This document shows positions 18,562-27,812 of a stretch of 34,033 bases of DNA, in pieces (position 1 is the stretch's first letter; each line of letters starts with the position of its first letter). The notes beneath the pieces are model-generated. The model had not been told where the DNA came from. It saw only the letters and a list, made by a program, of their open reading frames with translations, and did no database searches. Location of the stretch: sequence record DRR723986_24382; one strand, written 5' to 3'. The position numbers were made by a program, and so were the translations under genes.

Positions 18562-19306
18562 GCGAAGAGTTGTATAATGAATTGTCCTCTAACATAAATT
18601 CAAGAATTGGCCGACATTTATTTTTACATGCGGGATAAAAAGCTAAATGTTCTCTTTGTTCTGATTTAGGAGATTTACCCCACCAGAATTCGGCTATTGC
18701 TACGGGTTTTAAACTATTACTCATGGCAAATTGTAAGAGTTTTGGGGCGGCACATTCACCTGCTGCTGAAGGAGGCGCATCAAGATCGGCCGCTTTGAAT
18801 ATCTCTAAAACATTTGCTGAATCTCCAGATAAATTTCGAAAAGTATAATTCCGAAACAACTGCTGTTGAAGTTGAAATGATTTATTTTTTCGTTGAGCAA
18901 TCAGATCATCTTTTTCAGTTCGTGATTGACTTGCTGTAATTTGATGACTCATTAGGGTCAGTTCTTTCATGCCTTTATTAATGAAAAAATCATCAGTCGC
19001 ATCATCAAAAACAGAAGGAATAAACCTATCGCATTGAATTTTTCCCATTAGTTTGCCTGAAATGGTTCCAAGGTAAAAGAGCTTATCATCATTATTCTGT
19101 ACCACTAAAACACCAAACATTTTTCCTTTGTTAAGGTTGAAGTTATGTTCCCAATTGTGCTGTTCTGATGCTATATATGCTTGGAACTCTTTGGCAGCAA
19201 TTTTTGCTATTTCAGAGGGCGAATTTTTAAAAGGGTTATTCAACTTTAAGGAAACGGGAATATCCTCCAGGTTAGATTTAAAGGAAAATAAATAATGCGG
19301 CAACAT
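18551..19306 (-). CDS. Stand-alone homolog of the N-terminal region of long RluA-family pseudouridine synthases; catalytic domain absent
   Basis: GKMFGVLVV, SGKL, AGECAAPKLLQFA, AEFWWG, FYPACKNKCRPIL. No HRLD motif. Confidence 0.7.
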   Translation of the reverse strand: MLPHYLFSFKSNLEDIPVSLKLNNPFKNSPSEIAKIAAKEFQAYIASEQHNWEHNFNLNKGKMFGVLVVQNNDDKLFYLGTISGKLMGKIQCDRFIPSVFDDATDDFFINKGMKELTLMSHQITASQSRTEKDDLIAQRKNKSFQLQQQLFRNYTFRNLSGDSANVLEIFKAADLDAPPSAAGECAAPKLLQFAMSNSLKPVAIAEFWWGKSPKSEQREHLAFYPACKNKCRPILEFMLEDNSLYNSSHGQ

Positions 19307-19311
19307 TGTAT

Positions 19312-20043
19312 TTAATACTGAATGATAAATCCGAACAAAGATACGATTCCGATTATAAGTATTAGGTAGAGTGAAATTCGCTTGAACTTTTCTTGAGGAA
19401 TTTTTTTCAAAATTAATTTCCCCAGATAAGAACCTACAAGCCCAATAACAAGCAAGAAAGGGATGTAAATAAAATCCTTTTCTTGAATAAATCCATTTTG
19501 ATAATAGATGACTGTTCGTGCGGCATCTATGACGAAATCAATGAAAGCAGAAGTCGCAATAAAAACACTTTTTTCAAGGTTGAAGGCAGCCATTGTCAAT
19601 CCTCTAATCGCACCGCCTGTTCCTAAAAAACCCGAGAAAAATCCTGATAAGGAACCTCCAATAATTGACTGTTTCTTTTCTGGCTTGACAACTAAATCTC
19701 GTTTTACCAGAAAAAGCAAACTGAATGCAATTAGAAAGATGGCTAATGACAGACTTAGTACTAATCCATCAAAGTATTTAGACAAGATACCACCAAGGAT
19801 GACGAAAATGAGAGAAGGAATTCCAATTCTTAGAATTAAAGTTTTATCGAGCCCCTTTTTGAAAAGGACAATTTTACTCAGATTACTCGATAAGTGAAAT
19901 ATGGCCACTAATCCCAGTACTGAATGAAAATCTAAATAGAAATTGGCAATGGGAACAAAAAATACTGATGAACCAAAACCACCGATTGTACCTGCAACTT
20001 CAGCTACTAAAATCAGAACTATGAAAATTGCGCTTATGTTCAT
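19312..20043 (-). CDS. Sulfite exporter TauE/SafE (TSUP) family protein
   Basis: GTIGGFGSSVFFVP and GFLGTGGAIR repeats; multiple TM segments. Confidence 0.82.
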   Translation of the reverse strand: MNISAIFIVLILVAEVAGTIGGFGSSVFFVPIANFYLDFHSVLGLVAIFHLSSNLSKIVLFKKGLDKTLILRIGIPSLIFVILGGILSKYFDGLVLSLSLAIFLIAFSLLFLVKRDLVVKPEKKQSIIGGSLSGFFSGFLGTGGAIRGLTMAAFNLEKSVFIATSAFIDFVIDAARTVIYYQNGFIQEKDFIYIPFLLVIGLVGSYLGKLILKKIPQEKFKRISLYLILIIGIVSLFGFIIQY

Positions 20044-20066
20044 TTTACTGATCCAAATTTAGTGGC

Positions 20067-20297
20067 TTAACGCACCATTTTCTTAATGGGCTCAAGAATT
20101 TTCTCTAATCCGTTGAGTTTGATTTCATAGATAGAAGCCAACAACATCCCTATTTTTCCATCTGGAAAGCCTTTTCCACGGTACCACACTAAATAATATT
20201 CAGGTAAATCACAGATTAATCTCCCTTTGAATTTACCGTAGGGCATTCGTGTGGTGACCAATTCAATGAGGTGCTTACGTTGGGCTTCTTGATCCAT
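20067..20297 (-). CDS. DUF3820 family protein
   Basis: MPYGKFKGRLICDLPEYYLVW..KGFP.GK.G; start moved to ATG 20297. Confidence 0.85.
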   Translation of the reverse strand: MDQEAQRKHLIELVTTRMPYGKFKGRLICDLPEYYLVWYRGKGFPDGKIGMLLASIYEIKLNGLEKILEPIKKMVR

Positions 20298-20299
20298 GA

Positions 20300-20755
20300 T
20301 TAAGGATTGATTTTCCAAATTTTATCTGAATCTTCTAAATAGGCTGGTAATGCTGCAGAACCGTACCATTCATATAAATCAGCAGCTAACAAGCCTGAGC
20401 TAATGGCTGGATCACCTTTTAGTAATTCAAGTGCTTCTTCTTTGGTTTTAACGTCTAGAATGAAAATTCCTCTGTAGTTATCGTCATTGGGTCCCATTGG
20501 TCCTGCTACAATTAGTTTTCCTTGTTCAACCAACAAGTTAATATTGCTCATGTGTCCGACAAAACAGCTGTCTGTAAAAGCTTTGTCGTCACTTTTATTT
20601 TCGCCTGACTTTAGCATCACGAAAATGTAGCTCTTCATTCCATAATCATCAGCTTCATACTTTTTGGCCAGTTCAGGATCGTAATTTTTATTTTCTTCTT
20701 GGGCAATGACGTTACTCGTAATTGCTATTAAAAGGACGAATAGATACTTCTTCAT
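20300..20755 (-). CDS. YciI family protein, exported
   Basis: GHMSNI, GKLIVAGP, RGIFIL, DPAI; signal peptide. Confidence 0.8.
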   Translation of the reverse strand: MKKYLFVLLIAITSNVIAQEENKNYDPELAKKYEADDYGMKSYIFVMLKSGENKSDDKAFTDSCFVGHMSNINLLVEQGKLIVAGPMGPNDDNYRGIFILDVKTKEEALELLKGDPAISSGLLAADLYEWYGSAALPAYLEDSDKIWKINP

Positions 20756-20765
20756 GATTTAGTTA

Positions 20766-21404
20766 TTAAAGTTTTATTGCTTGATCTATGGTAGCTTCAA
20801 CCATTTCTGCCTCTCGATAACCATTGGCAATTAGCGTATATTTCCCGTCTTTTTTTAAGACTAAAGACGGAAAACCTTTGATGCCCATTTGCTGTGACAA
20901 AGCGAAGTCTTGTTTGGTTTGGTATTTGGCCTCATCAGAATGAAAAACAGCTTCGTATTTTTCAAGATCAAATCCGAATTTATCGGCAATTTCTATGAAT
21001 GTTTTCGGGTCATTGGTGTTTTTGTTTTCAGCATAAAAAGCCATTTGAACTGCTTTAAAAAAGTCAAATTCTTTGCTCTCGTCTAACATTCTTGCTGAAA
21101 CTATAGCTCGTGAAGCGGGCTCTGTATCATAAACAAAGTCCATGTCTTCAAGGATGTCATATTTAAAGGGTTGACCCGTACGCTCGGCAATCTCTACCCA
21201 ATGCGAGCGAAGAAAATCTGCCATGGTGGCATTGGTTTCGGTTCCATGTGGTCTCAAGCCACCATTTACCACTCTAAATTCAAATTCAGGATGATTGCTT
21301 TTTAGTTTATCTAACTCAGGAGACATGCCGTGGCACCATGAACACATGGCATCACCAATATAAATTAGCGCGTCATTATCGTTGTTTATCCAGTGATTGC
21401 TCAT
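20766..21404 (-). CDS. DsbA/FrnE-family thioredoxin-fold protein
   Basis: DAMCSWCHG CxxC, GGLR, YDTEPASRA, GIKGFPSL; probable start ATG 21404. Confidence 0.85.
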   Translation of the reverse strand: MSNHWINNDNDALIYIGDAMCSWCHGMSPELDKLKSNHPEFEFRVVNGGLRPHGTETNATMADFLRSHWVEIAERTGQPFKYDILEDMDFVYDTEPASRAIVSARMLDESKEFDFFKAVQMAFYAENKNTNDPKTFIEIADKFGFDLEKYEAVFHSDEAKYQTKQDFALSQQMGIKGFPSLVLKKDGKYTLIANGYREAEMVEATIDQAIKL

Positions 21405-21433
21405 TCTTTTTGTTAATCTTTTATGATAATGAA

Positions 21434-23476
21434 TTATACGGTGACTCCAATTATGCAAACATCATCAAGTTGCTCAAGAGAGCCTTTCCAGTTGTTAAAG
21501 GCTTCTAAAATGATGCGTTTTTGTTCCGTCATGGGCTTGCCCTGAACAGACAGTATTAACTTTTTAAAGTTTGCCGCTTTCAGCTTCTTTCCCTTGTCAC
21601 CACCAAATTGGTCGGTGTAGCCGTCAGTAAAAATATAAACGCTATCTCCTTTATTTACTTGCAATTCATGACTCGTAAAATCGGAAGGATTGTCAAAGAC
21701 ACCTACTGGTTGCTTATCACCTTTAATTTCTTCTATTTCATTAGAGTTTTTACGAATGATCCAAAGCGGATTGTGGGCTCCTGCATATTTCAAAGTAGAA
21801 CCTTCTAAACTGCATAATGCCATGTCCATCCCATCTTTTACTTCGTCATCAGACTTCTCGAATTCTTCTATTATCAGCTCTCTTGTTTTATCGATAATTT
21901 CACCAGGGTCTGATAATCCAAACTCTTTTACGCTTCTGTTTAAACCGTTATTGCAAACAACTGAAACCATAGCGCCTGGTACGCCATGTCCAGTACAATC
22001 ACATGCCGCAAATAAGACTTTGTTTTCAATTTTATCCATCCAATAAAAATCGCCTGCAACAATGTCTTTTGGTATGTATAGTATGAAATTATCAGGTAAC
22101 AAAGTATTTACCTTTTGTGAGGATGGTAAAATGGCTGATTGAATGCGTTTAGCGTAGGTAATTGAATCGGTAATTTCTTTGTTTTTAACTTCTAATGTGG
22201 CGTAGGCAAGGTCAACAGTTTCTTTTTGTTCAGCAATTAGTTTTTTCTGTCTTTGAGATATTTTTAATCGATTCAAAATAAAACCGCCGAGTAAAAGAGC
22301 TAGTGCAAGCCCTGCATAGAGGATATAAGATTGTTGTTTACGTTTTGATGACTCGGCTTTTTCTGCCAATAGTTCGGCTTCCTTTACTTTAACAGCTTCT
22401 GCTGCGGCAATACTGTCTTTAGCTGATTTTAAACCGTATTCAAAAGCGTATTTTTGATCAAGCATTTCTTTTCGATCGTTTTCATCCTCTAAAGTGTCTT
22501 GATAAGCGATAAAGTTCTCGAAAGCATCCAGGGCTTTTCCTTTATTATTTAAATTCTTGTGCGCCAAATATTGGAGGCGATATGATTCTGACAGAATTCC
22601 TATCATACCATAACTGACGCCTATTTCGCTCGCTCTTTTCGCAAAAGAAATAGAAGGCGCATATTTATTTTGAAGCTGTAGCGTTGTTGCTATGTTGTTT
22701 AAACTGTTCGCTAAAACAGAGAAATTACCAAACTCTTCGCAATATTTAACGGACAACTGAAAATGTTCAATTGCTTTTTCATGTTCTCCAAGATCTTTAT
22801 AAATCAAGCCTTGGTTATTATAAATAGCAGCGTATTTGGGACCTGCATTTATTTCATTGTAAATGATTATACACTCGTCAAAATAAAACATGGCTGAGTC
22901 GTATGAAGCAAGCTCCATATAGGCGAGACCCAGGTTATTGTAACACATGGCGGTGCCATCCAAGTTTTCGTGTTCTATGTAAATATTAGCCGCACTATCA
23001 AGGTATGTAATTGCGGTATGGTATTCTTTTTGGGTATTGTAAAAAATACTCAAACCATTAAGCGCTCCAGCAATTCCAATAGGGTCACCTAATTCTTCTC
23101 TTATTTTCAAGCATTCAATCGAGTACTTTTGAGCCGCTAGCATATCACCTTTATGGTTACTCACTCCTGCAAGTATGTTGAGGGCTTGAGCCTTCCGATT
23201 CAAGAAAAATTGACGTTCAGTTTCAGAGAGCTCCTTTTTAAGATTGACCCCAGCTAGACTATCTATTCTCCTATTTAAGTCAAAATCCAAATTCGGATCA
23301 AAAGGGTAAATGATGTCGTCCCATTTTTTCCAAGCTTTAATAACTGTTGAATCATGGGTGGCTTCTGCAATTTCCTTTTGCAATAGGGTTATTTCTTCTT
23401 CCTGTTCAGGAGATAACTGACCATAACTGAATAATGATGTGAAAAATAGAAGGAAGAATAGACTTTTCAGGCTCAT
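21434..23476 (-). CDS. Membrane sensor: periplasmic TPR repeats, TM helix, SpoIIE/PP2C phosphatase domain
   Basis: YNNLG TPR units; YAKRIQSAILP, PKDIVAGDFYW, DCTGHGVPGA, DGMD, TDGYTDQFGG, DDVCIIG. Confidence 0.88.
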   Translation of the reverse strand: MSLKSLFFLLFFTSLFSYGQLSPEQEEEITLLQKEIAEATHDSTVIKAWKKWDDIIYPFDPNLDFDLNRRIDSLAGVNLKKELSETERQFFLNRKAQALNILAGVSNHKGDMLAAQKYSIECLKIREELGDPIGIAGALNGLSIFYNTQKEYHTAITYLDSAANIYIEHENLDGTAMCYNNLGLAYMELASYDSAMFYFDECIIIYNEINAGPKYAAIYNNQGLIYKDLGEHEKAIEHFQLSVKYCEEFGNFSVLANSLNNIATTLQLQNKYAPSISFAKRASEIGVSYGMIGILSESYRLQYLAHKNLNNKGKALDAFENFIAYQDTLEDENDRKEMLDQKYAFEYGLKSAKDSIAAAEAVKVKEAELLAEKAESSKRKQQSYILYAGLALALLLGGFILNRLKISQRQKKLIAEQKETVDLAYATLEVKNKEITDSITYAKRIQSAILPSSQKVNTLLPDNFILYIPKDIVAGDFYWMDKIENKVLFAACDCTGHGVPGAMVSVVCNNGLNRSVKEFGLSDPGEIIDKTRELIIEEFEKSDDEVKDGMDMALCSLEGSTLKYAGAHNPLWIIRKNSNEIEEIKGDKQPVGVFDNPSDFTSHELQVNKGDSVYIFTDGYTDQFGGDKGKKLKAANFKKLILSVQGKPMTEQKRIILEAFNNWKGSLEQLDDVCIIGVTV

Positions 23477-23865
23477 TACGCGTTATTTTTCTTTTTAAAA
23501 TAAAAATGATTGACAAGATGACCTGCTCCAAATCCTGCAAGCGCAATCAGAAACGTGATTCCCATGCCGCGGTCTTCAATTAAAACCATGGGCGGAACCA
23601 ATACCAAAATGGTAACAATTATTCCTGGACCTTTTAGCAAGCTCTTTGGTTTATTGTCTTGAGCTTCTTTTTGGATACGCTCTCGCTCTTGGATTTTTTC
23701 TTGGATCTTTAATTTTTCTGCAGCTGAAATATCACGTCCATCCAATACTATTTTAGCGGCTTGTAGCGCCTCATCTTGAAATCCATCTTTGTCAGTTGTC
23801 AAAATGTAGATCAGCTTTTCATTAGAATGCTGCTCCATTTTTGCTATGAACGGGTTTTCTGACAT
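23476..23865 (-). CDS. Hypothetical membrane protein
   Basis: Two C-terminal TM segments; stop overlaps the next start. Confidence 0.65.
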   Translation of the reverse strand: MSENPFIAKMEQHSNEKLIYILTTDKDGFQDEALQAAKIVLDGRDISAAEKLKIQEKIQERERIQKEAQDNKPKSLLKGPGIIVTILVLVPPMVLIEDRGMGITFLIALAGFGAGHLVNHFYFKKKNNA

Positions 23866-23881
23866 GCTGTAAAGATAGGCA

Positions 23882-24304
23882 TTAATTTACGCGAAGAAAA
23901 TTGGCCGCACCAGCATTTAATGAAAATTCAAGGTCGGAAATTTGACTATCAATATCTCCCAAAATGGCTTTTACTTCTTCCAGAACTTGATGGCTCGTTT
24001 CATAATAACTACGAGCTATGCCAAGCTCTGGATTGATGCCTGTTGATTGACACCAGTGTTCAAAACTCGTTGCGTCTTGCAACTCTTCTAAGCTCCTTAA
24101 TACTAGGCAAAGATTCAATATTTCTGATTCAATCTTCAGATCTTGATACTCGTCATCCACATGAATTCGAAAGGTTTTATCCTGAAATTGGAAATTAACT
24201 TCAAACCAATCTGTATTGAAACCACTTGGTTTTACTACCTGAATTTTGGGCTTGAATTTATCTTGTAATGCCTTTAAGGCAGCTATTGAAGGATAGCTTG
24301 ACAT
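23882..24304 (-). CDS. Hypothetical protein
   Basis: 140-aa ORF abutting the stop of the NYN gene. Confidence 0.62.
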   Translation of the reverse strand: MSSYPSIAALKALQDKFKPKIQVVKPSGFNTDWFEVNFQFQDKTFRIHVDDEYQDLKIESEILNLCLVLRSLEELQDATSFEHWCQSTGINPELGIARSYYETSHQVLEEVKAILGDIDSQISDLEFSLNAGAANFLRVN

Positions 24305-25054
24305 TTATTTACCGCGTTTTTGCTTTTGTTTCTCTTTGTTTTTGACAAAGATTAATTTATGCCTGCTTTTAGTGTTTTCTCGTTGTTCTAAGTCAAATGC
24401 TCCTATAGATTTTATTAAAGGAGTGAGCTTTTCAAACCCGTAATTTCTAGAATCAAAGTTGGGTTGTTTTTTCTGCAGTAAACTCCCTACATCTCCTAAA
24501 AAAGCCCATCCGTCATCATCTGATAAATCGGAGATGGTTGAAGAAATTAATTTGATTTCTTTTTGTGTAATAGGGTCAACGCTTTCCTTGTTGGATTCTT
24601 TTTCGTCAGGTTTTTTTGTTGATTGCTTTCTGATAATCTCAATGTAAATGAACTTGTCGCAGGCAACAATGAAAGGATTTGGCGTTTTCTTTTCGCCAAT
24701 GCCGATTACCTGCATGCCAGCTTCTCTGAGTCTAGTTGCTAATCGGGTAAAATCACTGTCACTTGAAACGATACAAAATCCATTTACTTTTTGTGAATAC
24801 AGAATATCCATAGCGTCAATAATCATGGCCGAGTCGGTCGCATTTTTGCCAATGGTATATGCGTATTGTTGGATAGGGGTTATTGCATTTTCTAGCAATA
24901 GGCTTTTCCATTTGTTGAGGTGTGGTTTTGTCCAGTCACCATAAATTCGTTTAATTGTTGGATTACCGTATTTGGCAATCTCTTCCATCATCTCTTTTAC
25001 ATGAGCTGAGGGTATGTTGTCGCCATCAATTAGGACGGCTAAATTTAAATTCAT
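24305..25054 (-). CDS. NYN domain (LabA/DUF88) protein with C-terminal OST-HTH/LOTUS domain
   Basis: AVLIDGDN, KRIYGDW, GKNATD, SSDSDF; C-terminal DGWAFLGDVG...FDSRNYG. Confidence 0.9.
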   Translation of the reverse strand: MNLNLAVLIDGDNIPSAHVKEMMEEIAKYGNPTIKRIYGDWTKPHLNKWKSLLLENAITPIQQYAYTIGKNATDSAMIIDAMDILYSQKVNGFCIVSSDSDFTRLATRLREAGMQVIGIGEKKTPNPFIVACDKFIYIEIIRKQSTKKPDEKESNKESVDPITQKEIKLISSTISDLSDDDGWAFLGDVGSLLQKKQPNFDSRNYGFEKLTPLIKSIGAFDLEQRENTKSRHKLIFVKNKEKQKQKRGK

Positions 25055-25176
25055 ATTGTATTTTTATATGCTTCGAATTTTTTATGAAGCGTTGTAGTTG
25101 CGGACAAGAATCGTCCGTCTGTTCACTAAATATACGGATTATAAATCGATTGGTAGCTTTTTGGTCACCTTAACTG

Positions 25177-25608
25177 TCATTTAGAAAGAGTCGCTTCTCC
25201 GGATTCTAAGATACTTTCACCGTTTAAAATTTCATAATCTAGTACAATTTGGGCTTTGCTAGGTCTGTAAGTTCCGTTAGCTTTTAAAACATGATTTATT
25301 ACTGTTACTGTACCATCACCCATATCAAAATTGCCTTGACCGTTATTAGAATAAAAGCTTGAAATTACCTGTCCTTCAACACTAATTTTTTTTCTATCCA
25401 AAGAAAATCTTATTTTTTCTTCATTCGTTTGATTGCGCCAATTGTCAAAATATAGGCCTTTCTCATCTTTTGATGCGTTTATTGTCAAACTACCATTTCC
25501 ACCATGCGAATATTTAGCATTGTAAGGACCTAAAATGTCCTGTTGGAACTTGGCTTTATCGCAAGACGTTAGAAAGAACGTGAATACAATTAGGTAAACT
25601 GTTTTCAT
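25177..25608 (-). CDS. Hypothetical lipoprotein
   Basis: Lipobox LTSC. Confidence 0.68.
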   Translation of the reverse strand: MKTVYLIVFTFFLTSCDKAKFQQDILGPYNAKYSHGGNGSLTINASKDEKGLYFDNWRNQTNEEKIRFSLDRKKISVEGQVISSFYSNNGQGNFDMGDGTVTVINHVLKANGTYRPSKAQIVLDYEILNGESILESGEATLSK

Positions 25609-25616
25609 AAGTTGGA

Positions 25617-26093
25617 CTAATAGTATCTCTTTTCTAGTGAAGCCTCTCCATCAATCGAATATTCAAAGGGACCGTAATCAATGGACTTATAAACGATAAA
25701 ATTGAAATTAATTTTCTCCCATTTAGGGTCGTATTTGCCTTGAGCAATCACTTTATTCTGAAAATAATAACTTGGGTCAACATAGCCAGGGTAGCTACCT
25801 AAGCCAGCTGAAAAATATCCAATTTCACTCAATTTTTCGGTAACTATAATTTCCTTACCCTTGAGTTCAATTTGTACATCTCCTGAAATTCCTGGAAAAT
25901 TATCAAAAAACAACTCACTTCCTATAGCAAAAACTTCTAAATCATAATCGGCAAAGTACACACCACCATAAGTTATTTCACCGATATAGTTTCCTTGAAT
26001 TTTTTTATTCAGTCTTTGATCTACTTTTTGGCAAGAATTCAATGATGAAATGGTAAAGAGCCCCATAAATAGGAGAAGGAATGCTTTGGACAT
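25617..26093 (-). CDS. Hypothetical lipoprotein, probable distant paralog of 25177-25608
   Basis: Lipobox LNSC; probable start ATG 26093. Confidence 0.65.
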   Translation of the reverse strand: MSKAFLLLFMGLFTISSLNSCQKVDQRLNKKIQGNYIGEITYGGVYFADYDLEVFAIGSELFFDNFPGISGDVQIELKGKEIIVTEKLSEIGYFSAGLGSYPGYVDPSYYFQNKVIAQGKYDPKWEKINFNFIVYKSIDYGPFEYSIDGEASLEKRYY

Positions 26094-26145
26094 ATAAATA
26101 AGTTTTGGTACAATCAAACACGCGCAATCTGTATTGAAGGTTGGC

Positions 26146-26928
26146 TTAATTATTAATTAAATGTATTTGTTGATAGACTTTTCGTTGTTTATCGTACATG
26201 ATACTCAAAGCAATTTCAGGAGTAGGGGTACGATTAGGAATCATAATTCTGTCATTATTGTCAATAAAGAATAATTCAAAATTGTTTTCAGCTCGGTAAA
26301 TGCTGTAAATTTTCATGTAGGCCGGATTCGATTGATCTAAATTGTTGGTCATGCTGAAAGAAGTGTCTGTGAGTACGACATGATATCCCAAAGTATAGCT
26401 GGAATCCTGCACATATTCGCCTTGTTGTAAAGAGTAAGTATCGATTTTACCAAAATCAAAATCCCTTCTGAAAAAAATGGGTCCTTGCCATTCATTGAAA
26501 TTAAGTACGTGAATTTCGAACCGATAGAGCTGACGAACACCATCCATTATTTTGATTTCATAATAATTGTCAAGCGGAATGAAGGCAAAATGAAAAATGG
26601 CTGCTTCGGCATCTTTGAAACTGGCGCCCGAAAAACTGAATAAGTTCATCTCAGTATAGCCCCAACGTTCATAGTTAGATGTGTATATCTCGTTATCCTC
26701 AAAACTAAACTTTTCAAATTTCACCGGATCGTTGATCAATTCAGGAATGCCAATAATTTTAAATGATCCTGAAAAATCTTTGTTCACCGTGAACTCTAAT
26801 TGATATTCTGCTTGAATCAATGAATCACCCAATTCGAGCCCATAGCCTGTGCCTGTAATTTTACCTTGAGACCAACTGAGGGTGGGTAAGGTTAATAATG
26901 GAACAATTATGGCGAATATGAACTTCAT
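26146..26928 (-). CDS. Hypothetical secreted protein
   Basis: Signal peptide MKFIFAIIVPLLTLPTLSWSQ from ATG 26928. Confidence 0.62.
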   Translation of the reverse strand: MKFIFAIIVPLLTLPTLSWSQGKITGTGYGLELGDSLIQAEYQLEFTVNKDFSGSFKIIGIPELINDPVKFEKFSFEDNEIYTSNYERWGYTEMNLFSFSGASFKDAEAAIFHFAFIPLDNYYEIKIMDGVRQLYRFEIHVLNFNEWQGPIFFRRDFDFGKIDTYSLQQGEYVQDSSYTLGYHVVLTDTSFSMTNNLDQSNPAYMKIYSIYRAENNFELFFIDNNDRIMIPNRTPTPEIALSIMYDKQRKVYQQIHLINN

Positions 26929-27038
26929 ACAATCAAGTTTACTTTGGTTAAATTTAGTACGAATTTTATTAATCCAAAATTGAGCCAAATTGTAAGTTTC
27001 ATTCAATGAACACGACTTTCTATCAAATAGTTAGCATT

Positions 27039-27812
27039 ATGAAAAAACAGTTATCCATAATATTTCTCTTTTTAGGGCTGTCATTTACAGCGAGCGCTCA
27101 ATTACCCAATGGTTCAATTGCGCCAGACTTTACTTTAACCGATAGAGACGGAGTGACGCATCATTTATACAGCTATTTGGCTGAAGGCAAGGTGGTATTC
27201 ATTAAGTTTTTTGCTTGTCATTGTCCTGGATGCTGGTCTTATCATCAAACTGGAAAATTAGAATCGCTACATCAAACTTATGGACCTGACGGAACCGATC
27301 AAATAGTGGTAATCATGTTAGAGCATGATCAAAATAATCCGGAGGCATTTTCAGGAGGTGGAACCTATACTCAGGGCGACTGGGAGGCCGGAAATACGGT
27401 GCCAATGGTGGATGTTGAAGGAACGGATAGAACAGTATTTGATGATTATAATTTGAATTATTATCCCATGGTGATGAAAGTGTGTTCAGATAAAACCACA
27501 GAATTGATGTCGACCAATTATACGGTGCAAGAGTTGTTTGATGAAGCAGATGATTGTGCTGGAAATTTGAGCCTTAATCCAAATGAATTGAGCGGTGCAA
27601 TTTATTTTAATGCGTCACTTCAGCAAATTGTATTGGATGGGTTTGATCAAATTGAAAGTGTTAGTGTTTACAATTCAATTGGACAACGGGTAATGTATAA
27701 ACAGCTTCCAGAAAATCAAACTCTGAATACATCAGAATTGACTTCCGGACTGTTTATCGTAAAAGTTAATTCTCAGAATGGAACTTTGACTGAGAAAATC
27801 ATTATTAATTAA
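27039..27812 (+). CDS. Redoxin/thioredoxin-fold protein with T9SS type A CTD
   Basis: APDFTLTD, CHCPGC, YYP cis-Pro loop; YNSIGQRV...SGLFIVKV...EKIII CTD; signal peptide from ATG 27039. Confidence 0.82.
   Translation: MKKQLSIIFLFLGLSFTASAQLPNGSIAPDFTLTDRDGVTHHLYSYLAEGKVVFIKFFACHCPGCWSYHQTGKLESLHQTYGPDGTDQIVVIMLEHDQNNPEAFSGGGTYTQGDWEAGNTVPMVDVEGTDRTVFDDYNLNYYPMVMKVCSDKTTELMSTNYTVQELFDEADDCAGNLSLNPNELSGAIYFNASLQQIVLDGFDQIESVSVYNSIGQRVMYKQLPENQTLNTSELTSGLFIVKVNSQNGTLTEKIIIN

Noticed and set aside
24305-25054. NYN-LOTUS gene and neighbours as an anti-phage defence system
   Set aside because: This is a common stand-alone family, and there are no recognisable defence partners nearby.
17703-26928. 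Long minus-strand gene run as a leftward extension of the cassette array
   Set aside because: Genes mostly abut or overlap, and I found no spacer motif or GTT-N7-RTT ends between them.
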